This document shows positions 63,068 through 64,000 of a DNA stretch of 64,000 nucleotides, piece by piece. The notes beneath the pieces were generated by a model. The model had not been told where the DNA came from, ran no database searches, and worked only from the letters and a program-made list of their open reading frames with translations. The stretch comes from Methanotrichaceae archaeon (lineage in GTDB: Archaea > Halobacteriota > Methanosarcinia > Methanotrichales > Methanotrichaceae): the NCBI GenBank assembly GCA_963754945.1, contig CAVWIG010000023.1:1-64000 (forward strand), in the 5' to 3' direction. The translations under genes were made by a program, and so were the position numbers. The first letter of the stretch is position 1. Each line of letters opens with the position of its first letter.

Positions 63068-63174
63068 CAACGTTCAATTGGACAAGTCGTTCTAGAAAAT
63101 TTAATCCTAACGAAGGCGAATTTTCTAGTAGTGCTCACCAAATTCGTGCTGAGTTAGTTGTGTCCGAGATGTTG
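63068..63174 (+). ncRNA. Candidate structured RNA (three-way junction)
   Basis: Nested stems with G-U pairs on + strand downstream of an AT-rich TATA-like tract. Confidence 0.4.
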
Positions 63175-63251
63175 CTGGGCGCAAAATTTACTTAATCGTC
63201 TGCAGTACAACAAGAACAAGCAAGGGAAATATCCGTAATCGTAGCTAAGAT

Positions 63252-64000
63252 ATGAGATTTTACATAGAAACCTACGGGTGCACATCAAACATGGGGAACT
63301 CGATGGATGCAGCTTCTGCCCTGATCAGCCTTGGGCACCGGCCATCCAATATCGAAGAAGCCGACATAATAATAGTGAACACCTGCGCAGTTACCCAGAA
63401 GACCGAAAATAAGATCGTCAAACGCCTGCACCAGCTTCCCCCGGATCGTCTGATCATTTCGGGTTGTCTTTCTACTGCCATCCCAGGGTCAACGGAACAA
63501 ATACCATGCCGCAAAGTAATGGGCCGGCTGAACAGATCCTCGGCCTTGGAGATGGTTCGTTCATTAGGCGACGAGTTATCAGGCCATCCTGCTTCGAACA
63601 ACCCTTATAATTTGATTGCTGATAAAAAGGCCGTTCATGACGTTATCGCCCCTGAACACCTCTGCGCCATTATAAACATCGCCGAGGGCTGCCGGGGCAG
63701 ATGCAGCTACTGCATCGTTCGAAGGGCCAGGGGAAAGCTGGTCAGCCGCAGTCCGAAGGATGTTGTCGAGCAAGCTCGGTCTATGGTCGATTCTGGAGCT
63801 GTCGAGCTGCAGCTTGCAGCGCAGGATACCGCCGCCTATGGACTGGACATCGGCTCCAGCCTTCCCGACCTTCTGAACAGGATTGTCGAGATTCCCGGTA
63901 GGTTCATGGTAAGGGTGGGGATGATGAACCCGGACACAGCAAAGCCTATCATGAACGAACTGATCGAGGCCTTAAGAAGCCCAAAAATCTACAAGTTTCT
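63252..64000 (+). CDS. MiaB-like tRNA methylthiotransferase (t6A37, archaeal type), runs off the window
   Basis: IETYGCTSN, VNTCAV, ISGC, I.IAEGC.G.CSYC, QDT.AYG.D, RVGMMNP. Confidence 0.92.
   Translation, partial: MRFYIETYGCTSNMGNSMDAASALISLGHRPSNIEEADIIIVNTCAVTQKTENKIVKRLHQLPPDRLIISGCLSTAIPGSTEQIPCRKVMGRLNRSSALEMVRSLGDELSGHPASNNPYNLIADKKAVHDVIAPEHLCAIINIAEGCRGRCSYCIVRRARGKLVSRSPKDVVEQARSMVDSGAVELQLAAQDTAAYGLDIGSSLPDLLNRIVEIPGRFMVRVGMMNPDTAKPIMNELIEALRSPKIYKF

Noticed and set aside
63100-63125. Hammerhead-like CTAACGA...GAA
   Set aside because: Lacks the CUGAnGA/GAAA core in the correct stem topology
1-64000. CRISPR array, cas genes, tnpB/IscB, reverse transcriptase
   Set aside because: No regularly spaced repeat-spacer array or matching ORF seen; the IS200 has tnpA only

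Overview
Archaeal chromosome segment, most consistent with Methanothrix (Methanosaeta) or a close Methanosarcinales/Methanotrichales relative. The evidence is the thermosome, rpoD-S11-S4-S13-tRNA-Leu, tgtA/arcS, cofH, mfnA and PGF-CTERM proteins. Core blocks (5.3-7.0, 28.7-41.9, 49.2-57.1, 59.7-64 kb) alternate with two accessory regions. The 7-28.6 kb region holds three IS630 copies, an IS200, an IS1634 carrying two nested MITEs, a decaying cluster of stress/envelope genes and RNA-chaperone genes. The 42-49.2 kb region holds a fossil tandem-duplication junction, an integrase relic, an IS701-like element, a HEAT-repeat gene and a cargo gene bounded by IS200-type ends. Best leads: (1) a cobT + Zn-polyol dehydrogenase + acceptor-site-altered TrpD-like operon, possibly an undescribed cobamide lower-ligand route; (2) one IS200 family seen in autonomous, MITE and gene-carrying forms; (3) conserved structured leaders on CxxC-x17-CxxC/DEAD-box and TRAM genes; (4) an unannotated three-way-junction RNA upstream of the tRNA methylthiotransferase. 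All calls were made by eye; no database search was run.
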